DNA of 64,000 bases, taken from NCBI GenBank assembly GCA_023213395.1, contig CM041465.1:251293741-251357740 (forward strand). The letters are read 5' to 3'. Position 1 is the stretch's first letter, and the number at the start of each line of letters is the position of its first letter. The position numbers and the translations under genes are program-made. The notes beneath the pieces are model-generated. The model was not told the DNA's origin. It made no database searches and saw only the letters and a program-made list of their open reading frames with translations. Of this stretch, positions 26,554 to 40,436 are shown piece after piece. This DNA is from Cycas panzhihuaensis. Lineage: Eukaryota; Plantae; Cycadophyta.

Positions 26554-29500
26554 TGTTGAGAAAACTAGGTCCTAATAACTAGAAACCACCACCAAGATCT
26601 AAACTATTTTGTAACTAGTTATTGAAATTGAAACTAAAATTTAACATGCAAGTTTTTAAACCAAAGATAATACAATAAATAAATCAGAAAGCTAAAGCAT
26701 CACATATACACCAGATATAACATGGTAAAACCCTAGCAGTGTGCTAGGAAAATATCCACACAAGAAAGGTATCAAGCTTTATTATCAAAGAATGGAGAAA
26801 TGTACATGATCTGTAGTAGAATACTTGTAGCAACAACAACCAATCACCCTACTCCTCATAGTACATCCAATACATCAAATACCATCAACATAAAAAAAAA
26901 CACCCTAAATTCGATTATATGAAAGAGTCATACAATGCACAAATCTTGACCATAAAATCTAGGGTATTTTGAATGAATGACCATGATTCTCTTTATAATT
27001 TAGTATGTTTCACATTTTTAGCTTTTTGGGTCAAGGGTTATCGCCCCTGAACCTCCTCTTTTCAAAGAGGGAGGGTTTTGACTCCTCACATATCCCCTAG
27101 CCAAGGGGGGCTCTTGGCCTCATTGAATCCCTGTACAGAATTTTGGGGAGGGGGGGGGGGGAACTGTACTACCAACCTGTCAAAATTTTTGCCTCAAAAA
27201 CATTGTTGTCACATTATCTAATAATTTTCACCTTGACAATAATTTACCTGATATTTTTCTTGGACCATTCATTACCTTTTCTACAAGCCAAAGTCAAACA
27301 TCATTTGAATTTCTCTAATAGTACTAATTTTGTGAACATGTCAGCATAATTCTATTTTGTGTTAACCTTCTTAAGTGTCACTTCACCTACTTCCATAACC
27401 TGTTTAACAAAATGGTATTTAAGAGCAATATGCTTTATCCTACTATGATAAACTAGATTCTTTGCTAAATAAATGGCACTTTGACTGTCACAAAATACCT
27501 TAACCTTTTCCTGTTTCCTTCCAAACTCAACTAATAGATCCTGCAACTAGATTGTTTCATTACAAGCATATGCTACAGTAACATATTCTGCTTATGTAGT
27601 TGATAATGCAATTGTTCTCTATAATTTTAACATCTAACTAACTGGGTTATTTGCAAGAGTAAACATATGACCCAAAGTAGACCTTCTCTTATCTAAATCT
27701 CTTAAAAAGTCTGACTCAATATATCTATAAACCTGATTACTTGTACCACCAAAGGTGATGTAATAGTCACTTGTGCCCCTCAAATACCGAAGTATCCATT
27801 TCACTGTAGCCTAATGTTCCTTTCTTAGATTTGCTATAAACTTACTAACTACATTGATTGCATGTGAAATGTCAATTCTTGTACATACCATGGCATACAA
27901 CAAACTTCCTATTGTATTAGTATAAGGTATATGAGATATATAATCCTTTTCTTATTTAGTACTAAGACTCATACTCGAAGAAAACTTGAAATGGGAAGCC
28001 AACAAGATACTAATTGGTTTCACATTTGCCATACCAAATCTGGTTAGTACCTTCTCCACATATTTTTGCTGTGATAACCATAGCTTATTATTTTTCCTAT
28101 CTCTATGTATCTCCATGCCTAAGATTTATTTTATAGCTTCTAGATTCTTCATATCAAAACTCTTAGTCAATTGAGCCTTTAACTTGTTGATTTTAGCCAT
28201 GCTTATGCTTGCAACCAGTATGTCATCAACATACAATACCAAGATAATGAATAAGCCATTGTCCAATAATTTAAAGTAAACACAATGATCATACTCACTT
28301 GTTTTAAAATTTTGGCTCTCCATTAAGGTATCAAACTTTATGTACCATTATCTGGGTGATTACTTCAGGCCATACAATGGTTTTCTAATCCTGTAAATAA
28401 ATCTTTTCTTGCTATCTTGTACAAATGCTTTTGGCTAATCTATATAGATCTCCTCATCTAAATCTCCATGTAAAAAAGTTATTTTTACATCTAACTACTC
28501 TAACTCCAAATCAAGAGAAGCTACTAATTCTAATAGAACCTGAATTGAAACAAGTTTAATAACTAGTGAAAAATCTTATAAAAATCAATATCTATTTTAT
28601 GTGCAAAGCCTTTAACCACCAGTCTTGCCTTGTATTTATCAACCTTTCTATTAACATCTATTTTCTTCTTGAAAACCCGCTTATAACTAATAGTCTTCCT
28701 ATCATGTAGAAGTTCTACCAAGTCCTATGAATTATTTTTCTTCAATGTATCTATCTCTTCCTGCATAGCCCTCTTCCACTTCTCACTATTAATATCATCT
28801 ATTGCTTCTTAATAGTATGTAGACTCACTATCATTAGAAACTAAAGTAATAGAAATAGAAAGGTTATACCTATCAAGTGGATGACTAACTCATGTAGATC
28901 TTCTAATAGTTGGTGGAGGAATATCCACATACTCCTATAAGTCTGCTATAAATTCATCTTTAAAAAGCTCTTCCTACTTTTCCATTTATAAAGATGATTG
29001 GGTCTCAAGCTTGCCTTGTTAATGTTTAGCTTTTTACTCCTATTTCACTTCAACTTCTATACTATCTAATTTTAGAAAGAGAGATTCGTCAAACATAACA
29101 TCTTTATTAATAATGATTTTATGGATAGTAGGGTCCCTCAACCTGTATCCCTTCACACCATCTTTATTACCATAATTAATAAAGATACATCTCTTAGATT
29201 TTAAGTCTAACTTTGAACGTTGACTTTTATTAGCCAAGGCATAAGCATCATAACCAAAAACTTTTAAATTTGACTAGTCATATAGATATTTAGTCTATAC
29301 CTCTTCAGGAGTCTTGTAATTTATTACACGTGATGGTGACTTATTTACCAAATAATAAGATGTCTGAACAACTTCTGCCCACAAGCCCTACTCCACTCCT
29401 ATATTACTTAGGATGCTTCTTGCTCTTTCCAAGAGTGTCCTATTTATGTACTCAGCTATTCCATTCTGCTGTAGAGTATAGCTAGTGGTCTTATACTTTT

Positions 29501-31937
29501 TAATCTTAACTTCTCTACAATAGTTCTCAAACTCCAAAGAGTTGAACTCGCCTCCATTATCAATTCTTAAATATTTGATTAACTTGCTAGTGCTCTTCTC
29601 AACTAGAGCCTTGAACTACTTAAACACATTGAAAACTTTAGATTTCCTTTTTAAAAAATAGACCCATACCTTTCTGGAGTAATCATTTATGAATGTGACA
29701 AAGTACAATGATCCTCCATAAGATATTATAGGGGTTGGTCCCCATACATTCGATTGTATATAATCTACAACACCTTTATTAGTATGACTCCCTACTTTAA
29801 ACCTAAGTCTACACTACTTTCTAAAAATATAATATTTATAAAAAGTTAAATATGAAAGTTGCAAGTTAAGAAGCAACTTATAGTTCATCAACACCTTAAG
29901 TCCTCTCTCACTCATGTGCCCAAGTCTCTGATGCCATAATTGAGCTAGATCTTCTGTAGTTTTTAATGTTGTAGCTACATGGATGACATCTATACTTCCC
30001 ACCAAAATATAAAGGTTTCCTTTCTTTAAGGCTTTCATAACAACCAAGGCGTCGTTTGACACCTTCAAGACTCCTTCATGACCTATGTACTTATAACCAT
30101 TAGAATCTAGTTCACCCAAGGAAATTAGATTCCTTTTTAGATCAAGTACATGCCTTACTTTAGATAATGTTCTCACTACACCATCGAACATTTTAATTAT
30201 GATGCTACCAATGCTCACTATCTTACAGGAAACTTCATTTTCCATAAGCACGTCACCACCATCAAGAGGTTGGTATGATCAAAACTAACTCTTGTATGGA
30301 CACATATGGTGTGAAGCACCCGAATCCAATAACTAATCATGATAATAATGGGAAATATTATAAGCAACCAAGATATCATCATTATATATACCTTGATTCG
30401 ACTCCACATGATTAGCCTCCTTGGTGGGATCTTTGTTTTTCTAAAACTCCTTCTTTTTATAGCAATCCTTCTTGAGGTGACTTGTATTATTCTAGTGCCA
30501 ACATCTGAGCTTGTTTTTCTTACCTTTTAACTTTGACCTCAATATATCCCTAGAGCTTTATCGTCTCTCAATCGTTCTGCCCCTTACTGTCGTAGCTTTT
30601 GGTGCAGAGGTTTCAAGACTAGACTTCCTCCTCACCCCTTCTATCAGCATAGTACTCATAATAGAATCATAGTTTAATTCATCTATAGTGCTAAAACTAA
30701 TTAAGGTGATAATATTAACCCAAGATTCTGGTAATAAACATAACAAGATAACAACCTTGTTCTCATTCTCAATCGTGATATCAATATTAGCCAACTAATA
30801 AATAAGAGTATTGAAGATATTTAAATGAGGAACAAGTTTTTTACCTTCCTTTATATGCAATGAGTACAATTTCTTCTTCAAGTAGATTTGATTCATCACT
30901 GATTTGGTCATGTACAAGCTTTCTAATCAGGTCCATAATCCTACTATTGTCTTCTCCCCTACAATGTTAAACATAACTTTGTCTGCTAAGTACAATCATA
31001 TTATGCTAAGAATCCTTTTGTCCAGTTCATCATATTCATCATCGTCCATCCCTGTGAGTTTCTTTGATTTACTTACAAGAGATCTATACAAACCCTGTTG
31101 TACTAGACATCATGCGCTTTCAACTTCCATAACTCAAAGTTATTATTGCCATTGAATTTCTCCACCTCAAACTTTGCATTTGCTAGTTTTTCCTTTTGGT
31201 ATAGAAAAAGCCAATACGAAACCCTTCACAAACTCGTTGTAAAAATAAACTTGGCTCTGATACCACTTATTAAGAAAACTAGGTCCCAATAACTAGAAAC
31301 TGCCACTAAGATCTGAACTATTTTATAACTAGTTATAGGAATTGAAATTGAAATTTAACATGCAAGTTTTTAAACCAGAGATAATACAATAAATAAATTA
31401 GAAAGCTAAGGCATCACATATACACTAGATATAATGTGGTAAAACCCTAATAGTATACTAGGGAAACATCTATATAGGAAAAGTATCGAGCTTTATTATC
31501 AAAGAATGGATAAATATACATGATCTATAGTAGAATACTGACAATAACATCAACTAGCTACCCTACTTCTCATAGCACATCCAATGTATCGAATACCATC
31601 AACATAACAAAAAAACACCCTAAATTGGGCTATATAAGAGAGTTATATAAGGCATAAATCTCAACCATCAAATCTGGGGTGTTTTGAATGAATGACCTCG
31701 ATTTTCTTTACAATTTAGTATGTTTCACAGTGTTAGCTTTTTGGGTCAGGGGCTACTACCCCTAAACCCTCTCTTTGTAGGCGGGGAGAGGAGGGTGGGT
31801 TCTAGCTCCCCCTACACCCCGGCCAAGGGGAGTGCCCTACCCCTCTTGGATCCCCCTGCAAAAGTTTGGGGGAGAAACTGCGCTACCAACCTATCAAAAC
31901 TTTTGCCTCCAAAACATTGTTATCACATCATCTAACA
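26554..31937 (-). mobile_element. Structurally complete, degenerate Ty1/Copia of Tork/Tnt1 type; 670-bp LTRs at 26554-27223 and 31268-31937
   Basis: PBS complement GCTCTGATACCA at 31254-31265. AKFEVEKFNG gag start, LWHQRLGHMSERG, LVLYVDDILVA, CDSQSAIYLAKN. TSD ACCTT/ACTTT. Splits the host RT within KCYF...LEYL.H. Confidence 0.95.
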
Positions 31938-34140
31938 ACTTTACCAATAAATATTAGAGTACCTTGACCATATGATATCATAAAAAGAAGTGTAGATAGG
32001 CTTATCCAAGGTAAAAGCTATTATTGATTAGCTTACACCCTAGAATCTATATAAGAATTTTTATTAATAGACTATTATATAAAGTTTATAAAGGGATATA
32101 TGATTATAATAAGGCCACTTATTGATTTATGTAAGAAGAATAAGTTTAAATGGGATGACACAGATGAGCACAACTTCAATAACCTTAAGATGGTAGTGAC
32201 CTTTTCCTAACTTTTCATGACAGAGTACGATACACTAGGAAATATAATTTAAGTGGTATTACTTTAGAATGATAGACCAGTCACCTTTGAAAATTAGAAA
32301 TTGAACTTAATAGAAAGGATAAAAAATACTTTTGACAAAGGAATGCTTGTAATTCTCCACATCCCAACAAAATAGAGGTAATATCTATTAAGAAATAAGT
32401 TCATGAAGAATGATAAATATGGGTTAGTAAGGTATAGGACTATGATTTTATGATAACCTACAAAAGGGAAAAGGTGACATAATAACATATGCTCTTTTTA
32501 AGAAAATTGAAAAAGAGAACTATACAATAGTATTAATTGCTTAGCCTTCATAGCTAACTAGACTCCACTTGGAGTATACCACAATTTAGAAGGTTGATCA
32601 ACTCATTGAAAGATATAATGACAAGATAGTATGACCAAATTAGATTATTAATGGCAATACTTCATTACATAAATGTAGGATCTACCCACCTAACAAGTTA
32701 AATCTAAAAAATAAAGTACTTTAAGAGCATCACCATACCTTGACAATTAGCCATTTAGGGTTCACTAAGACATGAAAGGATAAAATGTTTCTTTTATTAG
32801 AGAGAATGAACATAGGCATAAAGATCTTCGTGTTAAAATATGACAGTTGCTAGAGACAAAAAATAAAATACATATAAAATATTAAACTACTACAACCATC
32901 ACAGATCCCAATTTCGAAATGGGAAGAGATATCAATAGACTTTATCATAAGGCTACCAAATTTTGAGGGAGAAGATGATATATTTATAATTGTTGACCAC
33001 CTTACCAAGTATGCCAAATTTATTCTAATGTAGTTACTTATGATGCTTTATAAATTATTAATCTTTTCATGAAAAATATTTATAGACTATATGGTTTTAC
33101 TAAAAGGATTGTTTCTAATAAAGATCTCAAGTTTACTAGCAACTTTTAGAAGGAACTATTTAAATTAATAAGGATAAAACCTATGATGGTTTTATCATAT
33201 GACTCGTAAATAAATGACTAGTCTAAAATAGTCAACAAGTGCTTAGAAATATATTTAAAGGTTACATTGAAGAGAATCAAATCAAATGGGTAAAGTGAAT
33301 CTACTTAGTAGAATATTGGTGTAAGAAAACTTATCATTTAATGGTATACATGGCCCCTTTCACAACCCTATATGATTACCAACCACTAGTTGCAATGGAC
33401 TATTTGTAAGTAGTTGTATGGGCACCAATAATATAGGAACTAATCCAATAAGATGGGTAAATATATAAGGAAATAAAAAGTAACTATGATATAACCAAAA
33501 ACCAAATAAAATTACAAGCAAATAAAGAGTGAACTAAAAGGGAATTCAAAGTAGGATACTAGGTGTACACACGTTTTTAACCTCACAAGCAAGTGCCACT
33601 ATGACAACAAGGAAGATCTAAGCTCATATTAAGACTCTACAAATAATACTAGTTAAGGAGGAAAGTAGTTAAAGTTTTATATACCCTTGACTTGTCCCCT
33701 TAAGGTTAAATCCATTATGTGTTTCATGTCTCAAGTTTGAAGAAGAAGGTGGATCCCAATATCAATCCCTCGATAGAGTTACCTATCATTATTAAGGAAA
33801 AGAAGACAATCTTGGAACCACACAACATACTTGAGACACAACTAAATGAACTTTGATCCATTATAGTAACAAAATATCTTATCAAGTGAAAAGGTTTATT
33901 AGAAGAAGATATAATATCAGAATCTGAGTTTGTTGACCAATATTCTAAGCTTTATGGGTAAAGGCTTTTCTTAGTAGGGGAGAGCTTATGATGGACCCCT
34001 AGTGCTAAATGGCATGAGGTGACATATAAATAAAGGCATTAGGGTCTTTATGATATTAACTTTTATTTTTTAGAGTATATTTTTCTTTGGGTTGCATTCT
34101 TTTGAAGCAATTTTTAGACTTTTCTTATAAGATTTTTATT

Positions 34141-34255
<115 letters not shown>

Positions 34256-34349
34256 CATACATCCCATATTTTGATTAGTTCTCTCAGCCTTATATTTGCC
34301 TTTATGTAAAGTGTCATCCACTAAATTTATGCATAATTATTAAGTGCAA

Positions 34350-36528
34350 ATTGTACAAGTGATATTTTGTGTTTCTTACTAATATTAAAGGTTACAAAAT
34401 AATTTTTAACTAGTTGGATCTAAGATCTATATCTTACAAAGTCTCCTTTCCCATTACAATTTTGATTTATGATATTCTCTAATTGGCTTATATCTTAAAG
34501 TGTTTGTCGTTCCTTATCCATTCTTAGCTTCTTAATTGGTTATTCCTCTTTAGGATTTAATGGTGCATTTTACCTCTTTGATGCCTTTGGTTTAGTATCT
34601 ACATGAGTTAATGCTCCCTCTCTAGGGGGCTATTTGTTCCTTTAATACTAGTCCTTCTTTACTAGAAGGCTCTTCAGTTAACTCTTTAAAGAGTATGTTG
34701 AAGTCATCAATTTCTTAATTGAATTGCTCAAGATCCTAGATCTTGGCTTGAAGTTTGATAATCTTTTGTTGCATCTTATATATCATTATTAATTACTCAT
34801 CAAATAACTCTCATAGATGCTTGGGTTCCTCTAACCTAGATTATTCCCTTATTGCCATTTAGGACATGGGCCTTAAGGGTGTCCTTATCATTTTCTTTGT
34901 TAAGGACTTATGTTTTTCATGGCCTTTGCCTTTAGGATCATTTTGTCCTATAGTAGAAGCTCTAACTAATGGCTCATCATTTAGACCTCCCATTCTACTT
35001 GACCTAATACCATTGTTAAGAACTAACCTTTCCTTAGGACTTCTCCCTTAATAATCTATAATTACACATAAGAGTTTTAGTTAATTATTAGTTAATTATC
35101 TTGTTAAGGAAGGATAAGTTCATGGATTTGGTTAAGAATGAGTGTTTCCACATGATAAAACCCATTGTAAGGCATTCTTGTATGCATTGCTTGTTGTTGA
35201 CCTGTACCACTAATGGAAGTTAACCACAACTATGGTTAAATTATTAATTATTGAAGTCTACTTCAACCTTAGATATTATTAAATAGTCATTTTATTACTA
35301 TATATAGATCATTATCATTCATTTGTAAAACATCTTTCTAGTTCTAAACCAATTTGGGTCTTTAAGACTAATTTTAGACTCCTCAGAGTTTATTTCAACT
35401 TTCTATTTAGGATTTCTATATTTTATGAAGTGGATCTAGATCTGAGATTGCTCTATTACCCCTACCCTTAAGCTAGAATAATGTCTTACATGTCCTCCTT
35501 TGTAATACTCTACTTTCTTATGGTCAATTTTTTCGAGGTTAAGTTGAAGGTGGAAATCTCTCATGTCAACATAGGTTTCACACCATATTAAGGCTCACTC
35601 TATCATGTTGATTTCTACCACATAAATTTTTTAGTTTTTAATGAGCTATTACAACTTGAAGTATGCCTCCAAGTTATATAACCAACTATCCAAGGCTTGA
35701 GCATTAATAGTTCTATTAAACGTGGGTATGGTGATTCTAAGATCTAGTTTAAATTGAGGTCACTAGAGAGGAATGACTATAGGAACTCATTTTGCGTGAG
35801 CCTACTAAACCATGATCTACAAAAACATTAGCAACATGTTGTTCATTGGCTATATCTAAGCTTGGTTTTATTCTCAAGGGACTTGTGCTTGGGCTTAACT
35901 TTATTCTTGTTGTGCTTCCAAGAATATTTACCAAGGGTCTAATGTGATTTTGATGCCTTCTTTTACCTCATCATTAGAGGGCATTTACCTATCCCAATGA
36001 AACATGGTGTTGGTAAAGAATGAGGAGAAATAGAAGATTGGGAAGCTTTTGAAAATTGAGTACAACTTCAAGTCAGATCTTAAGGCTTTGATACCAACTA
36101 ACATACTACAAGGAAAGGGAAGGAGAATTCTAAAATATCTAAACGAGGCTTGGGAAGAAAATTAAAGTACATAATAATAATTTACTTAAAGAATCATGGA
36201 GAGGAATAAAGAAATGAGTAGTTGGGATACATCGCTATTTATGTTGTTTTTAGTGACATTCTTGTCTATGCATATTGGTCTAGGAAGGCCTTCTTGGAAG
36301 CATTTCCTACATTTGTTCCACTATGTTCCAAGTATTGTTTTGGCTATTGATGCCATTTCGTTGCCATTTCCATAGTATTACAGAGGCATTATGCTAGAGG
36401 TCATGTTCCACCAATCATTCCTTAACCATTCCTCCTATAGGTGCCATTACTGCAAGCATTCCTGGAGCACCTGCATAGCATTTCAATGCACAAATTTTGA
36501 TCCATAGACCAAAATGGAGGGGATAATA
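34350..36528 (-). mobile_element. 5' part of an old LTR retrotransposon: LTR ~36099-36528, PBS and degenerate internal region
   Basis: PBS complement GCTTTGATACCA at 36085-36096, followed by a segment with CATTCC-like subrepeats ending CCAAAATGGAGGGGATAATA. Confidence 0.6.
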
Positions 36529-37139
36529 TTCTCTAAGAGTTGAGTTCCTTTTCTTGGTAGCTAATAGAACTGTGTAGAAAAAGAATACTTTTCAAAAGAG
36601 AAGATATAGAGGAAAACAATACTTTACTATTCAACTTCGTGATAATATAATATATAATATTAGATCTCTCTCTCTTTTTAAGATGCTAAGTGCATCATGA
36701 AATAGAGGGGTTATTATAAGAAACTAAAAAATATGTACTTGATTACAAAAATTAAAACTTGGTTACAAATAATTAACATATACGAACTAAATTATTTCTT
36801 AAACCTAAGTTACTTTTGGACTTTAAGTGAACTCAATGTCCAAATAGAAATAAAGTATATATAATATTACATTTTATATTAGATGGATAGGCGATAATCA
36901 CACATTGAAATCATGGCAAATAGGACATTAACATTGCCCATGTTTATGCTAATGATAAATAATGGCTCAAATTATTTTTGGTTATATTGCATATTTTAAT
37001 CTCTTTGAAGTGTTCAAAACAAAAATATACGAAAATAAGGGAATTTGTGCAAGGAACTCAAAATAATAAAACACCAAATATATGTAACAAATGTACACAC
37101 ACACACTTATATGATAGATACATGTTAAAGAAAATACAT

Positions 37140-38100
37140 GCTTCGTTAGAAGAATTAGAAATTAAGTGAATTTTGAAATGAAGGGAGTTCGTTCACGATA
37201 TGTTCTTAAAGCTATGTTATAGAGACATGTTATTGAATGAAAAGTGATTAATTAGTATCCCAATGATCCAGATTTATCCTTCAGGTGCTTATGTTCTTCT
37301 ACAATGTATGAAAATCATTTTTTCGTTGGTTGACTTCAAACGGACAATAATTAGAGACGCTATTCTTGAAAAATGTGGCTGATATTTAGAAGCTCAGGAG
37401 TTAACGTTATCTTTAGAAACCATGGGCGGACGTTGCAGATATTACTTCACATTACATTCTCTTCGAAGAAATGACGATGAATTTGGAAATGGCGGGAAGT
37501 GAAATTACAGGCAGAAGCTTCCTCTTCGAACTCCCCTGTTGCCTGTTTTCACTGTTTCCCTTCAAACCCATTTTGCCGAAAGGAGTAATATCAAGGCCAA
37601 GAAATGAGTGGAGGGCTGCTTTAGCATCAGTCCCACCTCCGTCCCAACAAGAAGTATGAGCAAATTTAATTTAAAGAGATTAGTACATTATTGTTATTAT
37701 TATTATTTCCTCTTTAAATTTTTTATTCTGCATGCAGTTAGATGAAATCATATTGCAACATATCAGCTTCACAATGCATGCTTATTATGATTTCATGGAC
37801 AATCTACTAGGTCGGTAGGGAGACAAATAGTTGGGTGCCAAACATAAGTAAAGCTAGGTAGATAGTTCGGATAGTGGGAGCTGGAGTTCTCAACAATAGC
37901 TTATAGTCTGGTCACATCGGCTGGTTGCTGTTTCTGCTCCTGTTGCAGAGAATCTTTAGTGGGTTAATTAAGCAATTAATGTCTCAGAATGTTCCAAACA
38001 AGCTGCTACAGGGCTGCTAAGAAATTATAACTCGTTGAAACTGCTCACGTACATGGAGTGCTTTCTTTCAAAAAATTAAGAAATCACCCCAAAATGTAGT
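37140..38100. promoter_or_regulatory. CpG-retaining, apparently non-TE island, possibly regulatory or a non-coding transcript
   Basis: Many CG dinucleotides compared with the CpG-poor flanks and no TE motif recognised. Contains CATGCA, TGTCTC/GAGACA and CACGTA motifs, which are individually weak evidence. Confidence 0.35.
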
Positions 38101-38192
38101 AATTACCCTCCTAAGCAGCTGGGGAGAATTTCAATCCCTCCTTACTAGGGACCGAATTTCGCTTTTTATTGTTTTAGTGCAAAGAAGTCCAC

Positions 38193-38543
38193 TGTAACTG
38201 TCCAGATTATTCTTGTATCCAATAAACAACCATCTACACACGATGGATACATATATAATCTGTAGATTTATTACTCATGATGAAAATACATACCGCAATA
38301 AACAATGGCTGGCAGTCTCTGAGTCAACCCCAGGGCTGTCCCCTTACACAAACTCTCTCTCGGGTGATCTATACTAGTGTGTGGGTATATCCTGACGTTT
38401 TCTAAACAGCGAGAGCACTTATTTATGATCCCTGATGTTAGTTACAATTGGTTACAACCCTGAACCATATGATTTACCACATGATCATAACAATGACTGA
38501 CTGACTGCGGGAATAATTAGAGTCACTAATTTTTGTGGTAACA
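38193..38543. mobile_element. Possible solo LTR
   Basis: TGTAAC...GGTAACA boundaries and LTR-like composition, but no matching TSD. Confidence 0.3.
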
Positions 38544-38597
38544 ATCATAGCCATGCTCACTAACTATTTGGTATAACCGGATGACGTTTGGAAAAAT

Positions 38598-38720
38598 GAA
38601 ACTTTGGGTGCATCAACCAAGCTGTGAGCACATAATCTGAACTCTGGGTGCATCAACCAGATCTCGAGAGCAATAATTCAAAGTCTAGGTTCATCAACCG
38701 AACTCTGGGTGCATCAACCA
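38598..38720. repeat. Short tandem repeat with core AACTCTGGGTGCATCAACC, four copies, ~41-bp period
   Basis: Copies at ~38600, 38640, 38681 and 38701. Confidence 0.9.
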
Positions 38721-40436
38721 AGAATGGATTTCCGTCATCTTTACTTCAACCAAATGCTGTGTACGATGTATCAAGCATCATATACAACCTAAATCCCGCC
38801 ATAGATAAACCAGACTGTTGTTTATGAATAACCTGGATGTTGGGTCCTTTGGGGAAATAACACTATGCCACGGTCTATTCCATAATCCCACATATGATGC
38901 AAACATAACATCACAATAACATGTACTTACTGTTAACAATTTCATATTTTGTACATTGCTGCAGAATATCAGAAAACAGAAAATGCTGCTATATTTCAGA
39001 AACCGAAAATGAGAGGGGAAATCTCCTTCTTCCATCATTAACCAAAAATGAGGTACAAAAGAGATTTATATAATACATAAATGAGGCCAAGGTTTTGGCC
39101 GACTTGAGGAGGTATAGTCGACTACATATTGGGTCTGATTTTTACAAAAACAGATATTATGTAATATACTAATGCCGACCTTGATAGATTGAGGTTGACC
39201 TTAATAGATAAGACATTATTTTTAACACCCTCTCTTAATATTTTATCTATTCAATTCCGAGCTTGTCTCGAAAAAATTGAAACTTCTCCCTTGAGAATGG
39301 CTTTGTGAGTATGTTAGCAATTTGATTATTTGTAGTGCAATGTATCAACTCCAATTCCTTATTCTGGACCTTTTTTCTTATGAAGTGATGATGAACCTCT
39401 ATGTGCTTTATTATGGCATGAAAGATTGGATTCTTCATCATTTTGACTGCCGCAATAGAGAGTTGTTAGCCCCTCTTGTTCCTGGTTCAACGCCTTTAGT
39501 AATCATCTGATCTAGATGGCCTTGCAACTTGTACTTACTACTGCTTTGTACTTTGCTTCAGTGGAGGACAAAGCAACAATTGGTTGTTTCTTGCTACTCC
39601 AAGAGATAGCTGCTAATCCAAGTGAAAAATAGTAACCTATAGTGGATTTTCTATCCTCTTTATTGCTTGCCTAATCTGAATCATTGAAACCCACTAATTA
39701 TGTATTCTTAGACTTTGTGTACTTCAGTCCTAAGTCTGAGGTACCTTTCAAATATCTGAGTATTCTTTTTGCTATATTTTAGTGAGCTAGCTTTGGTTCT
39801 TGCATATATCTGGATACTTCTCCAACAAAGTAAGAGATATCTAGTCTAGTGGCAGTGAGATAGATTAAACTTCCCACCAATTTTCTTGTTTTTGCATAAC
39901 CAACTAGTTGTCTCATATATACTTCTTCTTCTAATCCTCCATTCAAGAAGGCACTTTTCACATCAAGTTGATAAATTTTCCATCCTTGTTGAGCCGCCAA
40001 GGCTATCAATGATTTTATTATATTCAATTTGGCAATTGGTGGGAAATTTTCATCATAATCTATTCCAACTGTTTGAGTATATCCTTTGGCGACTAGACAA
40101 GCTTTATACTTTTCTATTTTTCCATTAGGTTTCTCTTTTATTTTGTATTCGCATTTGCAATCTACTGCAAGTTTATCTAATGGTGGTTCAAATAAATCCC
40201 AAGTTTTGTTTTTGGCAATAACAATGATTTTTGCATCCATTATTGTTTTCCATTTAGAGTATTGACTGGCTTCCTCAAATGTTTGAGGTTCAATCGAACA
40301 TACTGAGGCTTGATACTGTTGAGACTTGGTTTTTTGTTCAAATATGTCACCTTTTGATTCTTCAATAGTTTTGAGATACCACTTGGGTACTTTCTTTGCA
40401 GGAATATTGTTTTGATACCATTCAGATACTTTCTTT

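Noticed and set aside
37390-37400. AAGCTCAGGAG matches the 5' half of miR390
   Set aside because: Only 11 nt match, the rest diverges and there is no star arm.
37453-37659. Small ORFs in the island (62 aa on +; signal-like MLKQPSTHFLALILLLSA and an RKLL motif on -)
   Set aside because: The signal-like and RKLL parts are in different frames, and no CLE, CEP, RGF or DVL motif or other homology is recognisable.
38598-38720. CRISPR-like repeat-spacer appearance
   Set aside because: The linkers resemble each other (GAGCA..ATAAT), one is only 1 nt, there are no cas genes and the context is a plant genome. It is a tandem repeat.
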